Under the pieces are notes generated by a model, which saw only the letters and a program-made list of their open reading frames with translations, searched no databases and was not told where the DNA came from. Shown here in pieces: positions 28,502 through 37,944 of a DNA stretch of 63,296 bases (its first letter is position 1; each line of letters begins with the position of its first letter). Source of the stretch: an uncultured Candidatus Saccharibacteria bacterium (GTDB lineage Bacteria > Patescibacteriota > Doudnabacteria > UBA920); the NCBI GenBank assembly GCA_964348935.1, contig CAYGEJ010000006.1:1-63296 (forward strand). The letters are read 5' to 3'. The translations under genes were made by a program, and so were the position numbers.

Positions 28502-31261
28502 ATGATACCAAAAAAAGAAATTAAGTATATGTTGGTAGATGGCAACGCTCTTGTGCATAGGGGGTATCATGCCATACCGGTTTTAAATACCAAAAGCGGA
28601 GAGCAAACTAATGCAGTTTATGGGTTCACGGCAATTTTGCTTAAAGCTATTAAAGATATTAAGCCTACTCATATTGCCTGTACTTTTGATTTGGCTGGGC
28701 CAACCTTTCGACATGTTAAGTATAAAGAATACAAAGCGCATAGAGTAAAAGCCGATCAGGAACTTTACAATCAATTCCCAAGAGTAAAAGAGGTGGTGCG
28801 TGCTTTAAATATTCCAATTTATGAAAAAGAAGGTTATGAAGCAGATGACCTGCTTGGTACTCTGGCAAAGCATTTAAATAGGAGTCATCCGGAAGTAGCA
28901 GATGTGATAATTACAACTGGAGATTTGGACACCCTGCAGTTGGTAAATGATAATATTAAGGTTTACACCTTACGAAAAGGGTTGAACGATACGGCAATAT
29001 ATGACGCTAAAGCCGTACGTGCTCGTTATGGGCTAAATCCGGATCAAATGGTGGATTATAAAGCTCTTCGTGGGGATCCTTCAGATAATATTCCAGGGGT
29101 GCATGGTATTGGTGAGAAAACTGCTAGCGGACTAATTAGGGATTTTAAATCTTTGGATGGGCTTTACAAGGCTATTTATGCAGACACAACAGGGGGCAAG
29201 ATTAAGCCAAGGTATTTAGAGTTGTTGAAGTCGCAGGAAGAACAGGCGCGAATGTCTTATGAACTTTCTACAATAGACTGTAGTGTGCCGGTACATATTG
29301 ACGTGCCTAAATATAGTTTGGACGGCGTACATTTGCAAAATACAATTAAACTTTTTCAGGAATTAGAATTTAGAAGTTTAATTAACAAGTTGCCAAAAAC
29401 CGAAACGATGGGCTCGGCGGGCGCAGAAGAAATTACCCCGCAAGAAATTTCATTAGACAACAAAGGTTTTAAACAGAACTATCAATTTATCGATACAGAA
29501 GAAAAATTAGAAAGTCTTTTAGTTACCCTTGCTGATGTTAAAGAAATTTGTATTGACACCGAAACCACAAGTTTGAATATTATTGATGCTGTACTGGTTG
29601 GTATTGGTATTGCTATAAAAGCAGGTGAGGCATTTTATATTCCTGCTAATTTAGCTTTGTCCTCAAATAAACTAAAAAAAATTATAGAAGATGCGGCGAC
29701 AAAAAAAGTCGGACATAATATTAAATACGACCAAGAGGTCTTAGAAGTTAGTGGTTATAAGTTATCAGGGGTAAGTTTTGATACTATGGTGGCATCTTAT
29801 TTATTAAATGCCGGAACTCGCCAGCATAATTTAGACGCTTTGGCTTTTAATGAGTTGGGTTATCAAATGCAACCCATAGAAGATTTAATCGGTAAAGGTA
29901 AAGCTCAAATTACCATGGATAAAGTGGCACCGGAAAAAGTTTCTTGGTATTGCTGTGAAGATGTAGATATGACTTTAAGACTTAAGGAATTATTTGAGCC
30001 CCGCCTAAAATCTGAAGGTCTAGAAAAAGTTTTCCAAGATATTGAGATGCCTTTAATAAGTGTTTTATCTGATATGGAGTTAAATGGCATAAGAGTAGAT
30101 GCTAAATTTTTAAATCGACTTTCTGGTGAGGTGGAAATAGATATTAAAGATTTAGAAACAGAAATTTATAATCTTTCCGGGGAAGAGTTTAATATTAATT
30201 CTCCGAAACAAATGAAAGAAGTTTTGTTTGAAAAAATGAAACTTGAACCAATTGCCAACAAGAAAAATAAAAGCGGGCTTTCTACTGCCGCAGGGGAGTT
30301 GGAAAAAATGCTAGGTCAGCATCCTGTTATAGAAAAAATAATGCAGTATCGTGAATTGTCCAAGCTTCAGTCTACTTACCTGCTTGCTTTGCCAGAATTG
30401 GTGAATAAAAAAACTGGTAGAATACATACAAACTATAACCAAACCATTGCGGCCACCGGCAGACTTTCTTCTACGGATCCAAATTTGCAAAATATTCCAG
30501 TGAAAGGGGAAGGGGTGGGAAATAAGGTTAGACAGGCTTTTGTCGCGGAAAAAGGTTATAAATTACTTTCTATTGATTATAGTCAGATTGAATTAAGAAT
30601 AGTGGCACATTTAGCCAAAGATAAAAAAATGCTAGAAGTCTTTATGAAAAATGAGGATATTCATACCAAGACTGCTATGGAGATTTTTGGAGTTAATAAA
30701 GATGCTCTGACCAAAGACATGAGAAGGGATGCCAAAACTATTAATTTTGGTATTCTGTACGGTCTTTCCTCATTTGGGTTATCTTCCAGGATAGGAGAAA
30801 TTTCTCCCGGAGAAGCCAAGAAGTTTATTCAAAAGTATTTTGAAGCTTATCCAGCAGTGGAGCAGTATATAGAGCAGGTCAAATTTCAGGTGAATCAAGC
30901 TGGCTTTGTAAGAAACGAACTTGGTAGAATTCGAAAGTTCCCGGAAATTAAATCCTCGCAATTTTTTATTCGCTCCGCTGCTGAACGAGCCGCGGTAAAT
31001 TTTCCAATTCAATCGCTCGCTGCCGATGTAATAAAGGTGGCTATGATAAATATTCACCAGCTTATAAGCCGGTCAGCTGACCAGCAAATACGCTTACTGC
31101 TACAAGTACATGACGAATTGGTATTTGAGGTTCGGGAAGATAAAATTGATTATTGGGTAAAACAATTAGTGCCTTTAATGGAAAAGGCGATTGAGCTTTC
31201 GGTGCCGGTTACAGTAGAAGCTAAAGTTGGCGATAATTGGGGAGAGATGACGAAACTGTAA
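28502..31261 (+). CDS. polA: DNA polymerase I
   Basis: 5'-3' exonuclease (LVDGNALVHR), 3'-5' exonuclease (DTETT, HNIKYD), DYSQIELR, KTINFGILYG, LQVHDELVFE. Confidence 0.98.
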   Translation: MIPKKEIKYMLVDGNALVHRGYHAIPVLNTKSGEQTNAVYGFTAILLKAIKDIKPTHIACTFDLAGPTFRHVKYKEYKAHRVKADQELYNQFPRVKEVVRALNIPIYEKEGYEADDLLGTLAKHLNRSHPEVADVIITTGDLDTLQLVNDNIKVYTLRKGLNDTAIYDAKAVRARYGLNPDQMVDYKALRGDPSDNIPGVHGIGEKTASGLIRDFKSLDGLYKAIYADTTGGKIKPRYLELLKSQEEQARMSYELSTIDCSVPVHIDVPKYSLDGVHLQNTIKLFQELEFRSLINKLPKTETMGSAGAEEITPQEISLDNKGFKQNYQFIDTEEKLESLLVTLADVKEICIDTETTSLNIIDAVLVGIGIAIKAGEAFYIPANLALSSNKLKKIIEDAATKKVGHNIKYDQEVLEVSGYKLSGVSFDTMVASYLLNAGTRQHNLDALAFNELGYQMQPIEDLIGKGKAQITMDKVAPEKVSWYCCEDVDMTLRLKELFEPRLKSEGLEKVFQDIEMPLISVLSDMELNGIRVDAKFLNRLSGEVEIDIKDLETEIYNLSGEEFNINSPKQMKEVLFEKMKLEPIANKKNKSGLSTAAGELEKMLGQHPVIEKIMQYRELSKLQSTYLLALPELVNKKTGRIHTNYNQTIAATGRLSSTDPNLQNIPVKGEGVGNKVRQAFVAEKGYKLLSIDYSQIELRIVAHLAKDKKMLEVFMKNEDIHTKTAMEIFGVNKDALTKDMRRDAKTINFGILYGLSSFGLSSRIGEISPGEAKKFIQKYFEAYPAVEQYIEQVKFQVNQAGFVRNELGRIRKFPEIKSSQFFIRSAAERAAVNFPIQSLAADVIKVAMINIHQLISRSADQQIRLLLQVHDELVFEVREDKIDYWVKQLVPLMEKAIELSVPVTVEAKVGDNWGEMTKL

Positions 31262-31275
31262 TCTGTGGTATTGAG

Positions 31276-31321
31276 AAAAATAAAAACACTCTCGCAATTT
31301 TGCGAGAGTGTTTTTATTTTT
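31276..31321. terminator. bidirectional intrinsic terminator
   Basis: AAAAATAAAAACACTCTCGCAA/TTGCGAGAGTGTTTTTATTTTT. Confidence 0.85.
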
Positions 31322-31797
31322 TATTTTTCTATGTTAAGAACCCCGGAACCTCCGCCGTCGCAGGTCATGTTTGGGGAGGCAGCTGTTGGTTCACCTGCGG
31401 TGATAAGTTTTGGGTAAATTATTGCATAGTCTAAGGCGGCAACCTTTATGGTTTGACCATTGGCTTTTATAGTATGGGCAACCTTGTCGCGGTTGTCTAA
31501 CATTAGAGCAGTACCTTTTTTAATTGTCATCGAACCGGGGTTGGCACTGCAATTAATAAATTGGAATCTTGAAGGGTAGGCCTTAATTGCGTCGCCATAG
31601 CTCAGCTTTTTTGAGGTGTTTGATTTGGTGCTTGTCGGAGTAGTGGTGGTCTGAGGTGGTGTGGTTGAAGATATTTGCTGTTCGGAGGTTTGGCTGGCAG
31701 GCAGGTTGTTAGATTTTTGTTTATTGAAATAAATTAAATAAGCTATAATAACAATTACTAATACTCCAACCCCGATATATAAAGATTTTTTATTCAT
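31321..31797 (-). CDS. membrane-anchored hypothetical protein (S/T linker, cupredoxin-like beta domain)
   Basis: N-terminal TM, T/S/P-rich stalk, beta-rich domain with two Cys. Confidence 0.7.
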   Translation of the reverse strand: MNKKSLYIGVGVLVIVIIAYLIYFNKQKSNNLPASQTSEQQISSTTPPQTTTTPTSTKSNTSKKLSYGDAIKAYPSRFQFINCSANPGSMTIKKGTALMLDNRDKVAHTIKANGQTIKVAALDYAIIYPKLITAGEPTAASPNMTCDGGGSGVLNIEK

Positions 31798-31916
31798 TTG
31801 ATTTAAATTAATAGTACTCTCATAGTATAGCCTATTTTAAGGTTTGTAGATGTTGACAAGTAGTGAACGAAGGTATACCCTAATATTAGGCTGTATTTAG
31901 AAATAAATATTTTCAT

Positions 31917-32918
31917 ATGCAGGAAACAAAAAAAGGTGAAATAATAATATATAAAGCAGAGCAGGGGCCTGAGTTAAAAATTCAGGTCGAGGGGGATACT
32001 GTTTGGTTAAGCATGCAACAGATGGCAGAATTGTTTGGCAAAGATAAATCTGTAATATCTAGGCATATAAAAAACGTCTTTAATTCCTTAGAATTAAGCC
32101 CTAATGCAGTTGTTGCAAATTTTGCAACAACTGCAACTGACGGGAAAAGCTATAAAGTGGATTATTATAATTTAGACGTAATAATTTCTGTTGGTTATCG
32201 TGTTAATTCCAAAAGAGGTACCCAATTCCGTATTTGGGCAACTAATAAACTCAGGGATTATTTAGTTAAAGGTTATTCGGTCAATGAAAAGCGCTTGAAA
32301 GAAGATCATGATCTTAAAATGAAAGAGTTGGAAAAAACCGTCGGCTTATTCCAAATGGTTTTGGGAAGTCAGAGGGCGGAAGGGTACGAGAAGGATTTGT
32401 TAAAAATAATTACTGACTATGCGCATACTTGGGCACTTTTAAATAAATACGATAAAGGTGAATTATCAATTGATAGAGCAACTAAGCGAACTCCAGAGAA
32501 TTTAGAATACTCAGATGTGCAAAAAAGTATTTTTATATTTAAGAAAAGGTTAATCTTAAAAAAGGAAGCTGGGAGTTTATTTGGTCAGGAGATTGGGGGA
32601 AAGTTTAAAGCAGTATTAGGTACAATTAACCAGACTTTTGGCGGTAAATTACTTTACCCAACGGTGGAAGAGCGAGCGGCACACTTGTTGTATTTTCTTG
32701 TGAAAGATCATCCATTTGCCGATGGTAATAAACGAATTGGAGCATTAATATTTATGGTTTATCTGATACAGAATAATACTTTATTTAGTCTAAAGACTGG
32801 TGAGAGGAAAATTAATGACAGTGCTTTGGCGGCGTTAACTCTGCTTGTAGCAGAAAGCATCCCTAAGTCTAAAGATGTAATGGTTAAGTTAATTGTAAAT
32901 TTGATAAATCAAAAATAA
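31917..32918 (+). CDS. RhuM-family / Fic-Doc domain fusion protein
   Basis: RhuM N-terminus (YNLDVIISVGYRVNSKRGTQFRIWA); Doc-type motif HPFADGNKRIG. Confidence 0.88.
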   Translation: MQETKKGEIIIYKAEQGPELKIQVEGDTVWLSMQQMAELFGKDKSVISRHIKNVFNSLELSPNAVVANFATTATDGKSYKVDYYNLDVIISVGYRVNSKRGTQFRIWATNKLRDYLVKGYSVNEKRLKEDHDLKMKELEKTVGLFQMVLGSQRAEGYEKDLLKIITDYAHTWALLNKYDKGELSIDRATKRTPENLEYSDVQKSIFIFKKRLILKKEAGSLFGQEIGGKFKAVLGTINQTFGGKLLYPTVEERAAHLLYFLVKDHPFADGNKRIGALIFMVYLIQNNTLFSLKTGERKINDSALAALTLLVAESIPKSKDVMVKLIVNLINQK

Positions 32919-34606
32919 TGTCTGATACAAAATCCAAGAGAAATTTGGAAGAGTTGAGAAAAGAACACCCTAAGGCATTTGCTCGTTGGACAGAAGATGA
33001 GGATAAGGGGTTGATGGAAGAGTATAAAAGATTTTTGTCTAACGAAGGTTTAGACTTTGAAAATTTTCTGTTAGGCATGGGTTATATGTTTGGTAGGAAA
33101 CCAAATGGGATTCGTGGAAGATTGGCCAAATATTATCCAAATATCCCTGGGTGGAATTATGAAGCGCTGGCTAAAAGAGATGCAGAAAGAAAGAGTTCAA
33201 AGGAAAATGAAGAAGGTGGGGGAGTAGAAATGCAAAACACAGAAAAAGTAGTTGAGGAAAAAATTACTTTAGATATTTCTGGAAACCCAGAAGCTCTTTT
33301 GGCATATAAAATTATGGAAGAGACGGGAGAGAATTTATTTTTAACCGGCGAGGCGGGGACTGGTAAATCCACCTTATTGCAATTTTTTAGAAAATCAACA
33401 AAGAAGAATGTTGTGGTTCTTGCGCCGACAGGTGTAGCGGCTTTAAATGTAGAAGGGCAGACAATTCATTCTTTTTGTGGTTTTGGGCCAGATATAACAA
33501 TGCAAAAAGTTAAGAAACTTGGACCTCTTACACCAAAGTTTAAGCTTATGCAAAAACTTCAAACAGTGATTATAGACGAAATTTCTATGGTTCGCGCCGA
33601 CCTTCTAGATTGTGTGGAAAGATTTTTTAAACTAAATGGTCCAGTTCCAAGTTTGCCCTTTGGTGGTATTCAAATGATTTTTATCGGAGATTTGTATCAA
33701 CTGCCACCTGTAGAAAAAGGTTTTGTTTCAGGGGGCGGACTGTTAAAGTTGTACAATAGTGCGTATTTTTTTGACTCGTATGCTTTTAGAAATTCTAAAT
33801 TTAATTTTATAGAATTGAAGACAATTTACAGGCAGAAAGACGAAAAGTTTATAGAAATTTTAAATGCCATTAGAAATAATTTAGCTTCTGAGAATCATCT
33901 TACCGCTCTTAATGAGAGAAGTGATTATGTCGACGAAGAATTTGACGTAGAAAATTTAGCAATATACTTAACTCCAATTAATAGCCGAGCAAAAGAGGTT
34001 AATAATTATTTTTTGCAAAAATTACCGACAGAGAAAAAAATGTTTCAAGGTTGGGCAATGGGTAGTTTTGAAAATAGAGAGCTACCAACAGATTTAAATT
34101 TGGAATTAAAAGTTGGAGCGCAGGTAATGATGTTAACTAATGACGCACGCAGGCGTTGGGTAAACGGCACGATGGGGAAGGTTGTAAGAGTGGAGATGTT
34201 AGAAAAAGAAGCGTTTGGGCAAGAAATAACCGAGCAGGTGGTGGTGGAGTTGGAGAACGGGGAGCGGGTTGGGGTAACGCCTCATACTTGGGAAATGTTT
34301 CAGTTTACTTTAGATAAGAAAACACAAAAAATTAATACTAAAAATACCGGTTCCTTTACCCAATATCCTTTTAAGCTCGCATGGGCAGTAACTATTCACA
34401 AAGCTCAAGGAAAAACTTTTGACAGAGTTTTTATAGATTTGTCTTCTGGTACTTTTGCCCATGGACAGCTTTATGTAGCCTTATCTCGTTGTAGGACTTT
34501 GGAAGGCTTGCAACTTAAGCGCCCCGTTGAGCTGAAAGATATTATTTTAGATACAAGAGTGGTAGAATTTTTAGAAGGTTATAGAACGACAACAAAAACA
34601 TGGTAA
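32918..34606 (+). CDS. PIF1-family (SF1B) helicase with N-terminal Myb-like HTH
   Basis: LTGEAGTGKS, IIDEISMV, GDLYQLPP, PFKLAWAVTIHKAQG, YVALSRC; starts at TAATG overlap with the upstream gene. Confidence 0.9.
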   Translation: MSDTKSKRNLEELRKEHPKAFARWTEDEDKGLMEEYKRFLSNEGLDFENFLLGMGYMFGRKPNGIRGRLAKYYPNIPGWNYEALAKRDAERKSSKENEEGGGVEMQNTEKVVEEKITLDISGNPEALLAYKIMEETGENLFLTGEAGTGKSTLLQFFRKSTKKNVVVLAPTGVAALNVEGQTIHSFCGFGPDITMQKVKKLGPLTPKFKLMQKLQTVIIDEISMVRADLLDCVERFFKLNGPVPSLPFGGIQMIFIGDLYQLPPVEKGFVSGGGLLKLYNSAYFFDSYAFRNSKFNFIELKTIYRQKDEKFIEILNAIRNNLASENHLTALNERSDYVDEEFDVENLAIYLTPINSRAKEVNNYFLQKLPTEKKMFQGWAMGSFENRELPTDLNLELKVGAQVMMLTNDARRRWVNGTMGKVVRVEMLEKEAFGQEITEQVVVELENGERVGVTPHTWEMFQFTLDKKTQKINTKNTGSFTQYPFKLAWAVTIHKAQGKTFDRVFIDLSSGTFAHGQLYVALSRCRTLEGLQLKRPVELKDIILDTRVVEFLEGYRTTTKTW

Positions 34607-34608
34607 AT

Positions 34609-34634
34609 AAAAACCCCGCCAATTGGCGGGGTTT
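34609..34634. terminator. intrinsic terminator (CCGCC/GGCGG core)
   Basis: AAACCCCGCCAA/TTGGCGGGGTTT between convergent genes. Confidence 0.75.
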
Positions 34635-34638
34635 AAAG

Positions 34639-34902
34639 TTATTTTAACTTTGCAATAGCTTTGGCTAAGCGACTCTTTTTTCTGGATGCGGTATTCTTAT
34701 GAATAACATGAGTCTTAGCTGCTTTGTCTAAAGTGGACATGGCTTTTTTAATAGCTTCTACTGCTTCACTTTTTTTTCCGGCTGAGATTAAATTTTTTAC
34801 TTCCTTAACCGCTGCTTTGAAAGTGTCTTTGGATTTTGTGTTGCGGATATTTCTTCTAATGGCCTGGCGCATTGCTTTGCCGGCGGACTTGGTATTTGGC
34901 AT
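34639..34902 (-). CDS. rpsT: 30S ribosomal protein S20
   Basis: MPNTKSAGKAMRQ..IHKNTASRKKSRLAK. Confidence 0.96.
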   Translation of the reverse strand: MPNTKSAGKAMRQAIRRNIRNTKSKDTFKAAVKEVKNLISAGKKSEAVEAIKKAMSTLDKAAKTHVIHKNTASRKKSRLAKAIAKLK

Positions 34903-35006
34903 GAATTAGTAAATATTATTTATTGAATTAGGCTTTAAATTTATTACGCGACACGTAGTAAATTAGTAATGCTTGTATATAGTACCATTTATTTAAGAAA
35001 AAAGCA

Positions 35007-35040
35007 AGAGCGGGGCACGTTGTTGGACGTGCTCCGCTCT
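35007..35040 (-). terminator. intrinsic terminator of barrel-like gene A
   Basis: AGAGCGGGGCACGT/ACGTGCTCCGCTCT with a T-rich tail on the minus strand. Confidence 0.75.
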
Positions 35041-35050
35041 GTGGTTCTTG

Positions 35051-35782
35051 TTAGTGTTTGGCAGGGAAAATTGCCATTCCTACTCGCAAAATTTTGCCGT
35101 TGGGGACGTAGGAGCTAATCCCCTCAGTCTCTTGGTGGGTGATGTGCTTTTTCAGCCACCGGCTGACCGGGTGTCTGGTGTCGAGTTTGACCTGGATACC
35201 GTGGACTTGATCCACGATTTTTCCAAACGGTCCATAGACCCCGAATTCACCAGAGTAGCCCACTCTGAGTTCCCTTAGCCACTCGTTTTGAGATTTTCGA
35301 AATGCGTAGAAATCAACATCTATCGGGTCTCCGATAAATTGAAGTTTCCGGTTGCTGATTGCGTGGAAAGCTCCCACAGTTCCTTCTGTGGACAGGAACC
35401 CTTTGGCGAATTGCCACCTTACTCCAAAACCTGGCCCAGTCTCGTAAGGGCCAAAAACTGTAAGCGCGCCAGGTGCTAAAGTCAGTCCTTTGATCCGAAA
35501 CGGAATTGTGATACTGGCGGCACCGACGGTACCGTGGTGGAAACCGTAGACGTAGCCGTCTATGGCCACCTTTCCAAATTGGTGTGACACGTCAACGTAG
35601 TTGACACCGGTGCTCAGTTTTTTACCATTCTCATCGTGATGCATGGAAAAACTTTGCACCCACTCCAGTTTGGTGGGGATTTTGGATAAGCCCATCGGAT
35701 GGACTTCTTTCTCTTGCCCGTGGCAAACCATCACCACGAACACAAAAACTAACAAAAAAACGAACAACTTGTTCGTGTTCAT
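35051..35782 (-). CDS. secreted beta-barrel-like protein A (paralog of 35939-36511)
   Basis: Signal peptide; alternating hydrophobic beta strands; SD AAGGAG; promoter TTGACA-17-TATTAT at 35826-35854. Confidence 0.75.
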   Translation of the reverse strand: MNTNKLFVFLLVFVFVVMVCHGQEKEVHPMGLSKIPTKLEWVQSFSMHHDENGKKLSTGVNYVDVSHQFGKVAIDGYVYGFHHGTVGAASITIPFRIKGLTLAPGALTVFGPYETGPGFGVRWQFAKGFLSTEGTVGAFHAISNRKLQFIGDPIDVDFYAFRKSQNEWLRELRVGYSGEFGVYGPFGKIVDQVHGIQVKLDTRHPVSRWLKKHITHQETEGISSYVPNGKILRVGMAIFPAKH

Positions 35783-35938
35783 CTCTCACTCCTTGGATTT
35801 TTATTTGGTTATAATACCGTCTAATATAATAATACTTTTACGTCCTGATGTCAACCCCTCTATGACTTGACATGGTAAGTCAGAAATAAAGCTTTACGAC
35901 TTATTAAAAATAAAAAAGCGGGAGATGTTGCCCCCGCG

Positions 35939-36511
35939 TTAGTGTTTAAGAGTGAATGTTCGTATTACTCTTAGTTCGTTTGTACTTCCGGTTCTAAGGC
36001 TTACGCCCCAGTACCCGAATGCATCGTTTCGCCTGACCAATGGCCCGTACTGTGGGTTCCACTTGCCGTCTTGGTGGAAGAACCCTGTAGATATACCGAC
36101 TTCACATTTTTTTGTAATGGAGTAGGTAAGGTTGCCGGCATCCAGAACGTGGTAATTCTGACTGTGAGAGTGGAAAGACTTGAGGTGGGCGTAGTATGCG
36201 TCCGCTTTCCAGGATTTTTTCTCCCAGTAAAAAGCAGTAGCAAATTTTACAGCCTTCACGGAATCTTCTTTGGCAGTAGCGCCACACACAAAGGGAATAA
36301 TTGAGAGTCCCTTTGTTGTGGGTAGAGCGTATCCAGCACATGCAGCTATTTCGTTGTATCCGGGTGTGCCAATATAGTACAGGTCACTTGTAACTTTATT
36401 GCTAAAGGTGTGGGCCCAATCCACATATCGGTATTTGTCTTGGGTACCTCGGACTTCAAAGAAGTCTTGCGAACAAGCGCATAGCGCAAAAACAAAAATA
36501 ACGAATTTCAT
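35939..36511 (-). CDS. secreted beta-barrel-like protein B
   Basis: Short signal peptide; amphipathic aromatic-rich strands; SD AAGGAGG; own terminator at ~35917-35937. Confidence 0.75.
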   Translation of the reverse strand: MKFVIFVFALCACSQDFFEVRGTQDKYRYVDWAHTFSNKVTSDLYYIGTPGYNEIAACAGYALPTTKGLSIIPFVCGATAKEDSVKAVKFATAFYWEKKSWKADAYYAHLKSFHSHSQNYHVLDAGNLTYSITKKCEVGISTGFFHQDGKWNPQYGPLVRRNDAFGYWGVSLRTGSTNELRVIRTFTLKH

Positions 36512-36621
36512 AATTCCTCCTTAGGGAATTTTTACAATTTTGAGCACTCGAATCTATTCAAGTTCTCAAAAATGGAGGGGAGTGCAACGAGAGTGAGTCG
36601 TGCGTTCCCCAAGAGTTGGGT

Positions 36622-36960
36622 TTATTGCCATTGCGGTGGGTGCACGCTGCCGTGGCTAATTCGTGTGCAGTCGGCTGAGATGATTTCAAACTTTTGTTGG
36701 TATTCTTCAGGAGTTATATTGCATTGCTCCAGAAGTTTTTTACCTTCATCGTATAGTTTCACCAGTCGCTTTACTTTTAGCAGTTCGGCTTGGGCCACAA
36801 CACGCGTTGTGCTTGATAGAGTTTCTAGTGCCTGCTCGCGTAGGAATATCTCTCTCTTTTTAACCGACATTGAATGCCGGTGTCTGTTTACGAGCAGAAT
36901 GGCATCTAAAATATTTTTCAGCCCCTCGGCGTACATTACTTGAGCAAAACATTGCGACAT
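36622..36960 (-). CDS. hypothetical helical protein with SHOCT-like C-terminal motif
   Basis: LLEQCNITPEEYQQK resembles SHOCT; the track start (TTG 37023) overlaps the -10 of TTGACT-17-CATAAT (37023-37051), so a downstream start is preferred. Confidence 0.55.
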   Translation of the reverse strand: MSQCFAQVMYAEGLKNILDAILLVNRHRHSMSVKKREIFLREQALETLSSTTRVVAQAELLKVKRLVKLYDEGKKLLEQCNITPEEYQQKFEIISADCTRISHGSVHPPQWQ

Positions 36961-37129
36961 CCTCCTTATGGATTGTTGTTTGCGTATTCCTGCCCCGCCG
37001 GGTGTTTTTGTTTTAACCAACAATTATGCCATAAATATAACATATAGTCAATAATACTGACTATTAAAATAACATAAAAAGCCTATAAAATAAGCTAATT
37101 TGTTGCTATATATTTATTTGTCAAAAAAG

Positions 37130-37158
37130 TTGACAGAATGAGAGAAGGGGAGTATAAT
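37130..37158 (+). promoter_or_regulatory. consensus promoter of TrmB gene 2 (leaderless)
   Basis: TTGACA-17-TATAAT-6-ATG(37165); inverted repeat TGTCAA-N5-TTGACA over the -35. Confidence 0.85.
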
Positions 37159-37164
37159 GAATAT

Positions 37165-37911
37165 ATGGAAATTAATGATGTTTTAAAGCAAATAGGATTA
37201 AACGAAAAAGAGGCGAGTGTATACTTAGCGCTTTTAGAGTTGGGAACTGCATCAGTTCATCCCATTTCAAACAAAGCTGGGATTAAGCGCCCAACAACTT
37301 ATTTAATATTGGAAGACTTACAACGCAAGGGTTTAGTAAGTATTGTTCCAAGAGTAAAAAAGGTTTTATATACAGCTGAAAACCCAGAAAAATTGCTAAG
37401 CGATATGCATAAAAAGCAGGAGCTAATTAAGCGCTTTATGCCTAACATGCTCGCAATGTATAACGCTAAAAAAGATAAACCTCAAATTCAGTTATTTGAA
37501 GGTCGTGAGGGAGTGCTCGAGGTTTATAAAAAAGTGTTTAGTAGTCCGAGTGTGGATTTCTTTTGTACTATTTCAGATGTCTTAGGCTCTTTTCCAGAAC
37601 TACCAAAAGAACTTAAGGAAAAAGCTTTAATGAAAAAAATTAAAGTCAGAGAGCTTATTACTCAGAGCCCAGCTGATATTTTACACGCCAAAAATATGCC
37701 ACAGCATGAATACTATGAAAATAGGTTTGTGCCTAAAAATTTTGAATTTTTAACAGATAATGTATTTTTTCAAAATAGCGTAGCCTTTTTCTCTTATGAA
37801 CCTTATATGTTTGCGGTGGTAATTAAAAGTAAGGGAGTAGTAACTTCCTTAAAGGCTATTTTTGAACTAGCTTGGAGGGGGAGTGAGTTGTATAAGAATA
37901 TAATTAAATAA
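37165..37911 (+). CDS. TrmB-family transcriptional regulator (second copy)
   Basis: IGLNEKEASVYLALLELG, KRPTTYLILEDLQRKGLV, C-terminal effector domain; start corrected from 37138. Confidence 0.87.
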   Translation: MEINDVLKQIGLNEKEASVYLALLELGTASVHPISNKAGIKRPTTYLILEDLQRKGLVSIVPRVKKVLYTAENPEKLLSDMHKKQELIKRFMPNMLAMYNAKKDKPQIQLFEGREGVLEVYKKVFSSPSVDFFCTISDVLGSFPELPKELKEKALMKKIKVRELITQSPADILHAKNMPQHEYYENRFVPKNFEFLTDNVFFQNSVAFFSYEPYMFAVVIKSKGVVTSLKAIFELAWRGSELYKNIIK

Positions 37912-37936
37912 TCCCGACTCTAAGTCGGGATTATTT
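37908..37936. terminator. bidirectional intrinsic terminator
   Basis: ATAATCCCGACT/AGTCGGGATTAT. Confidence 0.8.
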
Positions 37937-37944
37937 AATTATTG

